Part shown: piece after piece, positions 53,017 to 62,931 of the stretch | How the letters are laid out: every line of letters begins with the position of its first letter | Position numbering within the stretch: the first letter of the stretch is position 1 | DNA from: Bianqueaceae bacterium | GTDB lineage: Bacteria; Bacillota; Clostridia; Lachnospirales; Bianqueaceae | Length of the DNA stretch: 64,000 nt | Reading direction: 5' to 3' | NCBI GenBank assembly: GCA_045641505.1 | Contig: JAZUHB010000045.1 | Coordinates: 752 to 64,751, forward strand | Notes under the pieces: generated by a model | Seen by the model: only the letters and a program-made list of their open reading frames with translations | What the model was told of the DNA's origin: nothing | Databases searched by the model: none | Translations under genes and position numbers: made by a program

Positions 53017-55428
53017 GGGGGCGCGGCCGCAGAGGCGGGTAAGCTTGCGGTGGGCCGTCAGCTTCGCGTCGGAGTAGGTCTTCCAGAACAGATCCTTGTC
53101 GTTGTAGGGAAGCCGGGCTTCGCGGATCAGGACGAAGGCGCGGTCCTGCGCGTCGGAGTTGTCGTGGAGCAGCTCGTCGCCGGTGATCTTCACCTCGACG
53201 CGGCTGCTGATGAGGGCGCTCACGGTGATCTCCCAACTGTTCGAGGCGGCGTCGCGCACGGCCTTGGCCTCGGCGGGCTTTCCGTCGACGAAGGCGGTCA
53301 CGCGGGCGGCCTTGTGGAAGCCGCGGAACACGATCTTCCAGCTGCGCAGGCCGGGCAGAAGCGAGGTGTCGCCCCGCGCGGGCGCGACGGTGAAGCAGGC
53401 CTCGCGGCCCCAGTCGAGGCGAAGCTGTGTCTCGGCGAAGGCGCCCTTCTCGCAGTCGTGTCCCTCGCCCTCGTCCTCGTAGAGCGTGAAGACGTTCGGG
53501 GCGCCGGGGAAGACCAGCACCTCCATCTGCCGCGCGTTCCCGAGGGAATTGTCTCCCTCCGTGTGCGCGGCCAGCGGGACGATCGCGCCGGCCTTCGCGA
53601 AGACCGCGGCCCGGTCGAGCGGGCGTCTGACCTCCAGCGTACGGCCGCCGAAGCCGGAGTAGCGGAGACCCGTCTCCAGGTCGAACCACTCGCCCTCCGG
53701 GAACCAGACGCGGGTGCCGGCGGTGGCGCTCACCGGATCGTTCGGCTCGGTGATCGGCGCCGCCATGAGCTCGGTGCCGAAGAAGTACTGATTCGGCTGC
53801 GCGTAGGCCGCGTCGCGCTTCGGATAGCGGTAATAGAGCGGCTGCACCAGCGGCTGAAGCTCGTCGTGGCAGAGCCGGTTCATCGTGTACAGATAGGGGA
53901 AGAGCTGATGGCGGAAGCGCAGCCATTTCTTCATGATCTCTTCCGTCGCCTTGTCATAGCACCAGGGCTCCTTCTGGACCCAGTGGGAGTTCGTGCTGTG
54001 CAGGCGGTTGATCGGGGAGAACACGCCCAGCTGCAGCCAGCGGGCCTGCAGCTCGCCGTCGCAGTAGCCGCTCATGTGGCCGCCGATGTCGTGGCTCCAC
54101 CAGCAGTAGCCGATGTTCGAGGCCGTCGCGGTGAAGTAGGGCTGGAAGCGGAGCGTATCCCAGGTGATGTGCGTGTCGCCGGAGAAGCCGACGGGATAGC
54201 GCTGGCTGCCGGGGCCGGAGTAGCGGGAGAAGAACATCGGCCGCTTGCCGTCCCGGGCGATGTCGAGGATATGCAGATGGTTCAGCATCCACAGGGGATC
54301 GAGCCGTTCGCGGGGGTCCTGATACTCGCCGGGCTGGTTGGGCTCGTGGATCCACCAGTAGTTGGTGCCCTGCTGCCAGTCCATCCACCAGAAATCGACG
54401 CCCTCGTCCTCCAGCGGATGCAGGAGCTCGTCGAAATAGGCGCTCATGTACCCGGGCGAGAGGACGTCGAAAAGCAGCGTCTTCCCCTCCTCCGGGTCCC
54501 GGCCGAGAGCCTTCGCCATCGCGGCGTAGCGGTCCTCGTGGGGGCGGACGCCGTCGGCGGGATGCAGGTTCAGCGCGGTATGCAGGCCGTCCTCATGGAG
54601 CTCCCGGAGGAAGGCCGCGGGGTCCGGGAAGAGCTCCCGGTTCCAGGAGAAGCCGGTCCAGCCGTTCGGCAGACTCTTCTCGCGGGAGGGCGTCTGCACG
54701 CTGTCCACCGGATGCCAGTCCATGTCGACGACGCCCACGGAGAAGGGAACGTCCTCCTCGCGGAAGCGCTTCATCAGGCCGAGATACTCCTCCTGCGTGT
54801 AGATATGATAGCGGCTCCACCAGTTGCCCAGCGCGTAGGCGGGCAGCAGGGAGGGCGCGCCGGTCAGGCGGTAGAAATCACGCACACAGGCGGGATAATC
54901 GAAGCCGTAGCCGAAGAAATAGGCGTCGACGGTGTTCTCACGGCGGAGCTCGACCCAGCCGTCCTTACCGAGCAGCATCGAGGCGGAATCGTCGATCGCC
55001 GCGAAGCCGTTCCGGGAGACGAGGCCGCGCTCGAGCGTGATCTCGCCGTCGATCCCGTCCAGGGTGCGGACGGTGCCGCCGAGGTCCTCGTAGGTCTCGC
55101 CGAAGCGCCAGGCGGAGGCGGGCTCCTCCTTCAGGCGGACGGTGAGCGTATCGGCCGCGAAGGGCGCGTTTTCAGTGTAGACGAGGCAGAGCTTCTCCGT
55201 CTCGAGGCGGAGCGTGCCACCCTCCTTCACCGTTTCGAACGGAACCGCCGGAAAGTCCCGGTAGAAGACCTTCTGGCTGGCCCGGTCCTCGAAGACGCCG
55301 TCCGCCGCGTACTCCAGCCGGAGCAGCCGGTCGGTGAGGACCGTGAAGCGGTAGCGCTCTCCCTTTACGGTGTTTTCCGGGCAGGCCAGCGGCCGCACGG
55401 GCCAGATGAAGCGTTCCTTGTCCATCAT
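52930..55428 (-). CDS. glycoside hydrolase family 31 (alpha-xylosidase/alpha-glucosidase-like)
   Basis: VVDMDWH, GWTGFSWN and VDFWWMDWQQG are GH31 catalytic-region signatures. 832 aa, no signal peptide. Confidence 0.9.
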   Translation of the reverse strand: MMDKERFIWPVRPLACPENTVKGERYRFTVLTDRLLRLEYAADGVFEDRASQKVFYRDFPAVPFETVKEGGTLRLETEKLCLVYTENAPFAADTLTVRLKEEPASAWRFGETYEDLGGTVRTLDGIDGEITLERGLVSRNGFAAIDDSASMLLGKDGWVELRRENTVDAYFFGYGFDYPACVRDFYRLTGAPSLLPAYALGNWWSRYHIYTQEEYLGLMKRFREEDVPFSVGVVDMDWHPVDSVQTPSREKSLPNGWTGFSWNRELFPDPAAFLRELHEDGLHTALNLHPADGVRPHEDRYAAMAKALGRDPEEGKTLLFDVLSPGYMSAYFDELLHPLEDEGVDFWWMDWQQGTNYWWIHEPNQPGEYQDPRERLDPLWMLNHLHILDIARDGKRPMFFSRYSGPGSQRYPVGFSGDTHITWDTLRFQPYFTATASNIGYCWWSHDIGGHMSGYCDGELQARWLQLGVFSPINRLHSTNSHWVQKEPWCYDKATEEIMKKWLRFRHQLFPYLYTMNRLCHDELQPLVQPLYYRYPKRDAAYAQPNQYFFGTELMAAPITEPNDPVSATAGTRVWFPEGEWFDLETGLRYSGFGGRTLEVRRPLDRAAVFAKAGAIVPLAAHTEGDNSLGNARQMEVLVFPGAPNVFTLYEDEGEGHDCEKGAFAETQLRLDWGREACFTVAPARGDTSLLPGLRSWKIVFRGFHKAARVTAFVDGKPAEAKAVRDAASNSWEITVSALISSRVEVKITGDELLHDNSDAQDRAFVLIREARLPYNDKDLFWKTYSDAKLTAHRKLTRLCGRAPQNRGLEGALRELLLLTEDEFPGQKSVWG

Positions 55429-55461
55429 GTTTCTCCTTGTCGCGTGAATAAGCTTTCCTTC

Positions 55462-55490
55462 ATAATAGCCCGCGCGCGGGGCCGCGTCAA
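55462..55490 (-). promoter_or_regulatory. candidate promoter of the GH31 gene
   Basis: Minus strand reads TTGACG-17 nt-TATTAT. Confidence 0.45.
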
Positions 55491-55492
55491 CC

Positions 55493-55524
55493 GAAAAAGC
55501 CGGGGAGGATGGCCCTCTCCGGCT
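55493..55524 (-). terminator. terminator after the PfkB kinase gene
   Basis: AGCCGGAGAGG-GCCAT-CCTCCCCGGCT (one mismatch) followed by TTTTT on the minus strand. Confidence 0.6.
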
Positions 55525-55531
55525 TCGTGTT

Positions 55532-56551
55532 TTACTTTGCGGCCTCCTCCAGCTCCTTGTAGAGCGAAAGGACCGTCGGCAGATCGGCCATGCCCTCGGT
55601 CGCGCCGGGCTCCCGCATGGAGATCACCGCGGCAGCGCTGCCCAGGTGGATGCTTTCGGCGAGCGTGAGCTTCCTCGCGGCGCCCAGGAGCACGCCCGCG
55701 CAGAAGGCGTCGCCCGCGCCGACCTTGCCCTTGATGTAGCCGGCCGGCAGGGGGATGCTGGGCTCGAAGACGAGCGCGCCGCCCTTCGCCTTGCCCCAGG
55801 CGCCCTCGGGGCAGTGGATCACCGCCCAGGTGGAAACGCCCAGAGAAAACAGCGCGTCGAGCGCCTCCTCCATCTGCTCCGGGAGCAGCGCGCCGTCCTC
55901 CCCGCGGAGCGTGACGCCGGTGGAGCCTTCGGCCTCCAGCTCGTTGATGATGCAGTAATCGGTGTAGCGGAGCGCCGGCGGCACCAGACGGCGGAAACGG
56001 TCGCCGGACTCGGAGACCACGTCCACCGAGGTCTTGATCCCGCGCTCCTTCGCGTGGGCGAGGAGCCTGGCCATCTTCGTGCCGTACTCCGCGTCCTCCC
56101 GGTCCAGCGCCGGAAGCAGCAGGATGTAGGCGACGTGCAGGATCTCCGCGCCGATTCCGTCGAGGTCGATATCCTCCTCGCAGAAATCCGCGCCCGCACC
56201 GCTGTAGGTGAAGAAGGTGCGCTGGCGGCTTTCGGTCTCGTTCATCACGAGGGTGAAGGAGGTCGCGCTGCCGTCGCGGATCTGGCTTCGGTCGATGTTG
56301 GGATAGCGGCCCAGGTACTCCCGCACCAGCTCGCCCTCCGCGTCCCGGCCAAGCCGGCCGCAGGCCCAGACGGGCAGCTCCGGGCAGAGCGCCGCGAGAT
56401 CGACGCCCACGTTCGGGACGGAGCCGCCGACGGTGCGGACGGCCTCTCCCAGGATCGGGACGAGCTCGCCGCTCTTCGGGATCCGGTCCACCGGATAGCT
56501 GATGTCCACGATCATATTGCCTGCTACGGCAATGCCTTTTCTCTCATTCAT
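55532..56551 (-). CDS. PfkB-family carbohydrate kinase
   Basis: GNMIVD start region and C-terminal GAGDAFCAG. Start at the ATG preceded by GGAGG; the track ORF extends to 56650. Confidence 0.85.
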   Translation of the reverse strand: MNERKGIAVAGNMIVDISYPVDRIPKSGELVPILGEAVRTVGGSVPNVGVDLAALCPELPVWACGRLGRDAEGELVREYLGRYPNIDRSQIRDGSATSFTLVMNETESRQRTFFTYSGAGADFCEEDIDLDGIGAEILHVAYILLLPALDREDAEYGTKMARLLAHAKERGIKTSVDVVSESGDRFRRLVPPALRYTDYCIINELEAEGSTGVTLRGEDGALLPEQMEEALDALFSLGVSTWAVIHCPEGAWGKAKGGALVFEPSIPLPAGYIKGKVGAGDAFCAGVLLGAARKLTLAESIHLGSAAAVISMREPGATEGMADLPTVLSLYKELEEAAK

Positions 56552-56644
56552 TTTTTCACGCCTCCGTTTCCGGCTTTTCTTATTCACAGTATAGAGGAAA
56601 AGCCGGCGCCGCCTCAAGAGAATAAATTGCGAAAAATCAGCACA

Positions 56645-56692
56645 AAACACGAAAAACCGCCCGCGTTCCGGCTCGGGGAACAGGCGGGCGGT
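56645..56692 (-). terminator. terminator after the dehydrogenase gene
   Basis: ACCGCCCGC...GCGGGCGGT stem followed by TTTTTCGTGTTTT on the minus strand. Confidence 0.6.
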
Positions 56693-56704
56693 CCGTTTCG
56701 GTGC

Positions 56705-57964
56705 TTATTTCATCTTCGCGGCCAGCAGGTACTTCTCCGCCTCGGCAGACCACAGGCCGTTGCTGCGCTCGCAGATCTCCGCCAGTCCGGCGAAGAAGGG
56801 ATTGCTCTTCCCCAGCTCGGCGAAGTCGGCGATGGCGGTGAGAGGCATCTCGATCTGGGTGTAGATCAGCTTCTTGCCGCCGCGGATGTTGGGCAGATTG
56901 AGGGTGGTGTCGACCACGGCGTTCAGGCCGCCCACATGGGTGACCATCGCCGCGGGATTGATGCGGCCGGAGGTCATCATCTCGATGGCTTCCTTCATGT
57001 CGTTGGTGTTGCCGCCGCTGGTGCCGACCACGTGGGTGTACAGATAGTGGACGTTGTACCAGTTGAACTCGGCCTTGAACTGGTTGTTGGTGGGACCCGC
57101 GAAGAAGTTCAGGCAGCCGTCGAAGCCCAGGATGTCGCCGGCCTGCTCCACGACGGGACGCACGGGGGCGAAGCAGATGACGTCGTCGTAGCCGGTGCCG
57201 CCGGTGAGCTCGCGCAGGTACGCGGTGTCGCAGCCGGGCTTCGCGGTGTTCACGTAGTGGAGCTCGATGCCCAGCTCCGCCGCGTGCGCGACGGTGTAGA
57301 TGCTCTCGGCGCGGGCCAGACGCTCGTCGTCGATGTCGGTGACGACCAGCAGGGAGGGCCGGCGGTCGCAATGCAGCGCGTAGTCGATCGCGCCGAGTCC
57401 CATCGGGCCGACGGAGGCCAGGAGCGCCATCTTGCCGCCCTCCACGATGCCCATGTTATGCTCGTAGGAGCCGGCCTTGGTGTGGTACATGGCGTGGAAG
57501 GTGCCGACGATGCAGCTCATGGGCTCGGACAGGGAGCCGTAGAAATAGGTGTCGGAATCGTAGGGCAGCAGGCAGTCCATCAGCAGGGTCTCGATGGGCA
57601 CGTTGCCGTACTGCGCGTCGCCGCCGCAGAAATTGTAGGAATAGCCGGGCGCCATCTGGGAGCCCTTGTAGTAATGGGCGGGCTGGATGGCGAAGCCCTG
57701 GCCCTTGTGATACTTCTCTTTCCAGTTCTCGCCGACCTCGTCGATCACGCCGCAGAACTCGTGGCCCACGATCGTGGGATTCTCCTCGACGTTGTCGGGC
57801 ACGCGCTTGTGCTCGCCGCCCTCGAGAGCCGCCTTGTAGGTGCTCATGCAGAGGGAATCGGACATGATCTTGATGCGGACGTCGTCGGGCCCGACTTCGG
57901 GCAGCTCGATCTCCTCGAGACGCAGATCCATCTTGCCGTGGATGCGGACAGCCTTCGTTTTCAT
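56705..57964 (-). CDS. zinc-dependent medium-chain dehydrogenase/reductase (polyol/sugar dehydrogenase-like)
   Basis: GHEFCGVI zinc-ligand motif and VGPMGLG dinucleotide fold. Start at the ATG preceded by AGGAGG. Confidence 0.8.
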   Translation of the reverse strand: MKTKAVRIHGKMDLRLEEIELPEVGPDDVRIKIMSDSLCMSTYKAALEGGEHKRVPDNVEENPTIVGHEFCGVIDEVGENWKEKYHKGQGFAIQPAHYYKGSQMAPGYSYNFCGGDAQYGNVPIETLLMDCLLPYDSDTYFYGSLSEPMSCIVGTFHAMYHTKAGSYEHNMGIVEGGKMALLASVGPMGLGAIDYALHCDRRPSLLVVTDIDDERLARAESIYTVAHAAELGIELHYVNTAKPGCDTAYLRELTGGTGYDDVICFAPVRPVVEQAGDILGFDGCLNFFAGPTNNQFKAEFNWYNVHYLYTHVVGTSGGNTNDMKEAIEMMTSGRINPAAMVTHVGGLNAVVDTTLNLPNIRGGKKLIYTQIEMPLTAIADFAELGKSNPFFAGLAEICERSNGLWSAEAEKYLLAAKMK

Positions 57965-58058
57965 GAAAAAACCTCCTGACAGGTGATATCGCAATTAGGT
58001 GTTCCGAATGAATTTCCTGCACATTTTAGCCGCTTCCGCGGGCGGATGTCAATAGCCC

Positions 58059-59045
58059 TTACAGCAGCCGGATGCCCGCGGCCTCGCATTTTTCGAGCTC
58101 GCTCTCGGGCCAGACGGAGGCCTGCACCTCGCCGATGTGGGCCTTCTGCAGCATGAACATGCAGAGGCGCGACTGACCGATGCCGCCGCCCACGGTCTGG
58201 GGCAGCTCGCCGGCCATCAGGCTCCGGTGGAAGGGAAGCGCGAGGCGGTCGGCGGCCCCGGCGCGCCCGAGCTGGGCGCGGAGGCTCTCCGGGTCCACGC
58301 GGATGCCCATCGAGGAGATCTCGAAGGCCCGGTCCAGCAGCGGATAGTAGAGAATGATGTCGCCGTTCAGCTCCCAGTCGTCGTAGTCGGGGGCGCGGCC
58401 GTCGTGGGGCTCGCCGTTCGAAAGCGGTCCGCCGATCTTCATCAGGAAATAGGCGCCGGCCTCGCGCGCGTAGGCGTTCTCCCGTTCCTTCGGCGTAAGG
58501 CCGGGGTAGCGGTCTAAAAGCTCCTGGGAGGTGATGAAGGCGATGCTCTCGGGAAGCTGGGGCGAAAGCTGCGGGAAGCGGTTGCAGACGGCCCGCTCGG
58601 TCATCCGCATCGCGTCGTAGATCGCGCGGACGGTCTTCTTCAGATACTCCTCCGTGCGCTCCTCCGGCCGCATGACCTTCTCCCAGTCCCACTGATCGAC
58701 GTAGAGGGAATGGAGCTCGTCGCAGACCTCGTCGCGGCGGATGGCGTTCATGTCGGTGTAGATGCCCGCGCCCGCGCCGATGCCGTACTGACGGAGCGCC
58801 ATGCGCTTCCATTTGGCCAGGCTCTGCACGACCTCGAGCTCGCGGCCGGTCTCCTTCACGTCGAAGGAAACGGGGCGCTCGACGCCGCTCAGGTTATCGT
58901 TCAGACCGCTTTCGCGGGTGACGAACAGCGGGGCGGAGGCCCGGGCCAGGTTCAGCGCGTCGCAGAGCAGGTCCTCGAAGCGGTGCTTGAGGAAACGGAT
59001 CGCGGCCTGGGTGTCGCGGATATCCAGCTTGGAACGGTAACTCAT
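58059..59045 (-). CDS. asnA: aspartate--ammonia ligase
   Basis: HSLAKWKR-like SLAKWKRMAL, VDQWDWEKV, GGGIGQSRL. Confidence 0.9.
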   Translation of the reverse strand: MSYRSKLDIRDTQAAIRFLKHRFEDLLCDALNLARASAPLFVTRESGLNDNLSGVERPVSFDVKETGRELEVVQSLAKWKRMALRQYGIGAGAGIYTDMNAIRRDEVCDELHSLYVDQWDWEKVMRPEERTEEYLKKTVRAIYDAMRMTERAVCNRFPQLSPQLPESIAFITSQELLDRYPGLTPKERENAYAREAGAYFLMKIGGPLSNGEPHDGRAPDYDDWELNGDIILYYPLLDRAFEISSMGIRVDPESLRAQLGRAGAADRLALPFHRSLMAGELPQTVGGGIGQSRLCMFMLQKAHIGEVQASVWPESELEKCEAAGIRLL

Positions 59046-60223
59046 ACGGTCTTCTTTCCCCGCACGAAGACGGCTTCGATCCCGATGTTCTCATCGAAGA
59101 GCACGAGATCCGCGTCGAAGCCGGGCTCGACCTTGCCCTTGCGGGCGTCCTCGCCGATGGCCTTCGCGGGGTTCTCGGTGATCATGCCGATGACCTCGGG
59201 CAGGGGGATGCCGACCTGCTTCGTCATCACGCGGACCAGGCGGTCGGTCGTGGCGACGCTGCCGGCGAAGGAGATGCCGTCGGGCATCCGGGCGATGTCC
59301 GGGCCGACGATCACGTCCTGCCCGTTCGCGAGGCTGCCCAGCTTATAGATGCCCGCGGGCATGCCGGCGCCGCGCATCGCGTCGGTGATCAGGCAGATCC
59401 GGTCCTTGCCCTTGGTCTTGTAGATGAGTTTCAGCAGCTCCGGCGGCAGGTGCATGCCGTCCGCGATGACCTCGCAGCAGACCTCGTCCAGAAGGAGCGA
59501 GGTCTCGATCACGCCGAGGATGCGGCTTCCGTTCTTCCGGGTGATGGTGGACATGCTGGAATACAGATGGGTCGCCATCGTATAGCCCGCTTCCACGGCG
59601 GCCTTCGCCTGCTCGTAGGTGGCGGCGGTGTGGCCCAGGGAGAAGACGATGCCCTCGTCCTTCAGGTCCTCGCAGATCCGCTCCGCGCCGGGAAGCTCGG
59701 GCGCGACGGTCCAGATGCGGATCGCGCCGGCCGCGTGCTCCGCCAGCAGCTTGTAGGAGCCGTCCTCGGGATTGCGGATGTAGGCGGGATCCTGCGCGCC
59801 GCACTGGGAGGGCGCGACGTAGGGGCCTTCCATGTGGATGCCGAGAAGCTCGGGCAGCTCCTCCGCCTCGGGCGAGGCCTTGACCTCGCGCAGCACGTCG
59901 AAGACGCCGCAGAGCTCCTCCTGCGTGCCGGTCAGGGTGGTGGGCACCATCGAGGTGGTGCCGTGCCGCATGTGGGCGCGCGCCGCGGTCATGAAGGCCT
60001 CGGGAGTGCCGTCCATGAAATCGGCTCCGCCGCCGCCGTGCAGATGCAGATCGATGAAACCGGCGGAAAGGAAGAGTCCCCTGCCGTCCACGCGGGGCAG
60101 CGCGCCGTTCGGATCGAAGTCCCGCACCGCGGCGATCCTGCCGTCACGCACCTCCACTTCCGTATTTTCACGAATGCCGGACGCCGTCACGAGACGGACC
60201 GGACCGATCACGAAATGCTTCAT
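59042..60223 (-). CDS. nagA: N-acetylglucosamine-6-phosphate deacetylase
   Basis: GFIDLHLHGGGGADFMDG, HLYSSM/HTAATYEQ pattern, ITDAMRGAG. Start at the ATG preceded by GAGGTG; alternative ATG at 60235. Confidence 0.88.
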   Translation of the reverse strand: MKHFVIGPVRLVTASGIRENTEVEVRDGRIAAVRDFDPNGALPRVDGRGLFLSAGFIDLHLHGGGGADFMDGTPEAFMTAARAHMRHGTTSMVPTTLTGTQEELCGVFDVLREVKASPEAEELPELLGIHMEGPYVAPSQCGAQDPAYIRNPEDGSYKLLAEHAAGAIRIWTVAPELPGAERICEDLKDEGIVFSLGHTAATYEQAKAAVEAGYTMATHLYSSMSTITRKNGSRILGVIETSLLLDEVCCEVIADGMHLPPELLKLIYKTKGKDRICLITDAMRGAGMPAGIYKLGSLANGQDVIVGPDIARMPDGISFAGSVATTDRLVRVMTKQVGIPLPEVIGMITENPAKAIGEDARKGKVEPGFDADLVLFDENIGIEAVFVRGKKTV

Positions 60224-60234
60224 GTGACACCTCA

Positions 60235-62739
60235 TCAATAGGGATATTCGAGCTGACCTCTCAGACAGTTGAGCGGCCGGATGACCAACACGTTTCCGCC
60301 GTCGGCCGGCGACACCAGAAGCCGCGCGACCTTTCTGCTTTCGTTCGTGAAGGAACGGTAGATCACGGTGCCCTCCGCGGTGAACTCCGGAACGACCTCG
60401 CCGATGGCCTCGCCGCCCAGGTTGTAGAGCACCAGAGCGTCCGGGCCGAAGTCCATGGGCATGACGGAGACCTCGTTCCAGTCGCCGTCGAGGAAGCTGA
60501 CCTTCGAGCTGCTGCCCTGCTCCTTAAGGAGGGCCAGATAGTCGCGGCCGTCGAAGGTCACGATGCGGAGCGCCTGCATGACGCGGTCCGCGTAGTAGCG
60601 GTCCGGCTGGTCGAAGCGCGTCTCGGTCAGCACGGTCTCGCCGACCTTCACGAGATCGCGGAAGAACTCGACCGCGAGATACATGCCGGTCCGGCTCTCC
60701 GTCTTCGCGAAGCGGACGTCCAGCCGGTGGCTCTCGCCGTTCATCAGGTATTCCTGCACGTAGATCAGGTTCGACCAGACCGGCTCGCCTCCTTCGGGCA
60801 GGGGCGCGGTGGCGTGGAGGAGCTCCTCCGGCTGACCGGCCATTTCGCCCTCCATCTCGAGCTCGGCGTACGCGTAGTATTTCATGGGGAAGATGCTGCC
60901 GTCGGCCGAGGCGCAGAAGCGGATCAGCGCGCCGCGTTCACGTTCCAGCAGATAGAAGAAGATTCCCTCGTCGGAGAGATAATCGCGCAGCTCCAGGCCG
61001 CTCTCCCTCAGGCAGAAGCGGAGACCGAGGCCGCAGTCGCTGCGGAGAGTATGCACGAGATTGCCCTCGAGATCGATCAGGAACAGCCGGTTGCCGGTAT
61101 AGACATCCCGCAGCATCAGGCCGACGGCGTCGGTTCCGACCATGCCGAAATCGAGGATCGGGTCGCGGCCGTCCGTGATCAGGCTGCCGAGCGACAGTCC
61201 GCCGAGGTACGCCGCGCCGTCCGGATAGACGGTGCATTCCCAGGGCTCTTCGTCCACCTCGAACTGCGCGGACGCGGACTCACGGACGTAGACCAGTTGG
61301 AACGTGTCGAAGGCCTCGCCGGTCGGGACGCCCTCATGCGGCTCGTAGCCCTCCGGAGGGATGAGCTCCGTGGCGGCCAGAATCGGCACGCCCTTTGCCG
61401 ACACGTCGACGGAAAGGCGGATCAGCGCTCCGTCCTCCGCGTTCACGAGGAGCAGCGAGGCCTCCTGCGCGGTCACGCAGTCGGTGAGCGTTCCGAGCGT
61501 CCCGTCGGTGCGGATGAAGCTGCCGAGACTCCGTATGTCGGAGCGGAACACGTATTGCCAGTTCCCCTCGAAATCGAACAGGCAAAGGAGATTGCCCGCG
61601 TCGCTCAGGAAATAGAGGGCCATGTATTCGGTGCCCTCGACGGGGTCGCGGCGCACGGTGAAGGTATAGAGCTGATCCAGCCGGCCGTTCTCGTTCGCGC
61701 CGAACTGTCCCTCGAGGGTGAACTCCGAGCGGACGGTCCCGTTCGTCAGGACCTGCAGGCGGACGCCGTTTTCGACCGGGGCCTTGCGGAACGTGATGCG
61801 GTAGCCCTCCTCGTTCTCCAGGACGTAGGACAGCGTTTCGAACTGAAGAGGCGTGGCGTCGGACGTGCCGCCTCCGCTCACGAGGCGCGGACTCTCCGGC
61901 CCGGACTCGGTTTCAGGTTCGAAGGCGCGGAAATCGTCCTGCGGGAACGTGAGCCCCTCACCCGTGACCGCCACCTCCGCCGCCGGATGGAAGAGGACGG
62001 GCAGCAGCACGGTCCGGCCGTTCCCGTTGAAGGGATAGGCACGGAGCACCGCGAGACCCGCGGGACCGTAGGAGAGGACGCGCGCGCCCTCGTCGGTCAG
62101 TTCGTTTCCGATCGCGTGGCCCGCGGCGGTAAAGCTGCGAAGCGGCGAGACGGGCGTCCGGACCTCGCCGGTCAGCGCGCCCTGCTTATCCAGGAAGAGC
62201 ACGCGCTCGCCCTCTTGCCCTGAAAGCAGGATCATCAGGTACGCGCCGCCGTTCTCCACGGCCTGCTTCGCGTCCGCGATCAGCACGCCGGGCATTCCGG
62301 CCTCAGAGCCGGGATAGCGCACGGTGAGAACGTCCTTCCAGACGGTCTTTCCGTTCGCGAGAACGCTGACCGAGGTCTCCATCGGGTCGGGATAACCCTC
62401 CGTGCGGATGGCCGTACCGGACCAGGTGAGACCCAGCGTCAGCTCGCGGCCGTTCATCCGGAACGTGCCCACCTCGGCGCTGCCCTCCACGGCGAAGGGC
62501 TCGCCGTCCCAGACGGGCTCGGGCTCCGAGGAGCTTTCGCTCTCCTGAGACTCCGTTTCCTGCCCGGAAATGACGCTTTCTTCCTCGGAATACTCGCTCT
62601 CCCCCGGGAGATTGCTTTCCTCGGGAAGCTCGCTCTCCGTTTTGCTTTCCTCCGCCGGCTTCTTCCGGCAGGCGGCCGAAGACGCGAGGCACCCGAGGGC
62701 AAGGAGAATAACGAGGAACCAAATACTGCGACGCTTCAT
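60235..62739 (-). CDS. 834-aa lipoprotein of unknown function with four internal ~190-aa repeats
   Basis: Lipobox LASSAAC, acidic stalk. Repeated cores: YLMILLSGQEGERVLFLDKQG, YMALYFLSDAGNLLCLFDFEGN, VGLMLRDVYTGNRLFLIDLEGN, YLALLKEQGSSSKVSFLDGDWN. Confidence 0.7.
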   Translation of the reverse strand: MKRRSIWFLVILLALGCLASSAACRKKPAEESKTESELPEESNLPGESEYSEEESVISGQETESQESESSSEPEPVWDGEPFAVEGSAEVGTFRMNGRELTLGLTWSGTAIRTEGYPDPMETSVSVLANGKTVWKDVLTVRYPGSEAGMPGVLIADAKQAVENGGAYLMILLSGQEGERVLFLDKQGALTGEVRTPVSPLRSFTAAGHAIGNELTDEGARVLSYGPAGLAVLRAYPFNGNGRTVLLPVLFHPAAEVAVTGEGLTFPQDDFRAFEPETESGPESPRLVSGGGTSDATPLQFETLSYVLENEEGYRITFRKAPVENGVRLQVLTNGTVRSEFTLEGQFGANENGRLDQLYTFTVRRDPVEGTEYMALYFLSDAGNLLCLFDFEGNWQYVFRSDIRSLGSFIRTDGTLGTLTDCVTAQEASLLLVNAEDGALIRLSVDVSAKGVPILAATELIPPEGYEPHEGVPTGEAFDTFQLVYVRESASAQFEVDEEPWECTVYPDGAAYLGGLSLGSLITDGRDPILDFGMVGTDAVGLMLRDVYTGNRLFLIDLEGNLVHTLRSDCGLGLRFCLRESGLELRDYLSDEGIFFYLLERERGALIRFCASADGSIFPMKYYAYAELEMEGEMAGQPEELLHATAPLPEGGEPVWSNLIYVQEYLMNGESHRLDVRFAKTESRTGMYLAVEFFRDLVKVGETVLTETRFDQPDRYYADRVMQALRIVTFDGRDYLALLKEQGSSSKVSFLDGDWNEVSVMPMDFGPDALVLYNLGGEAIGEVVPEFTAEGTVIYRSFTNESRKVARLLVSPADGGNVLVIRPLNCLRGQLEYPY

Positions 62740-62865
62740 CCAACATGATCCTTTCGGCAAATTTTCATAGGATATATTATAAATCATTCCGAAAAAAATA
62801 GCAAGAAAGCCGCCGCGGAGGTCGCGCGCCGGACGGAAAATCTGCCGAACGGCGCTCCGGCGCGA

Positions 62866-62894
62866 TTGACGAAAACGTTTTCGGGCGGTATAAT
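62866..62894 (+). promoter_or_regulatory. near-consensus sigma-A promoter with an embedded cre-like palindrome
   Basis: TTGACG-17 nt-TATAAT. CGAAAACGTTTTCG (62870-62883) fills the spacer. Confidence 0.6.
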
Positions 62895-62931
62895 TTCAGC
62901 GGTAAAAAACTCACCAAAGGAGATTTGATAC

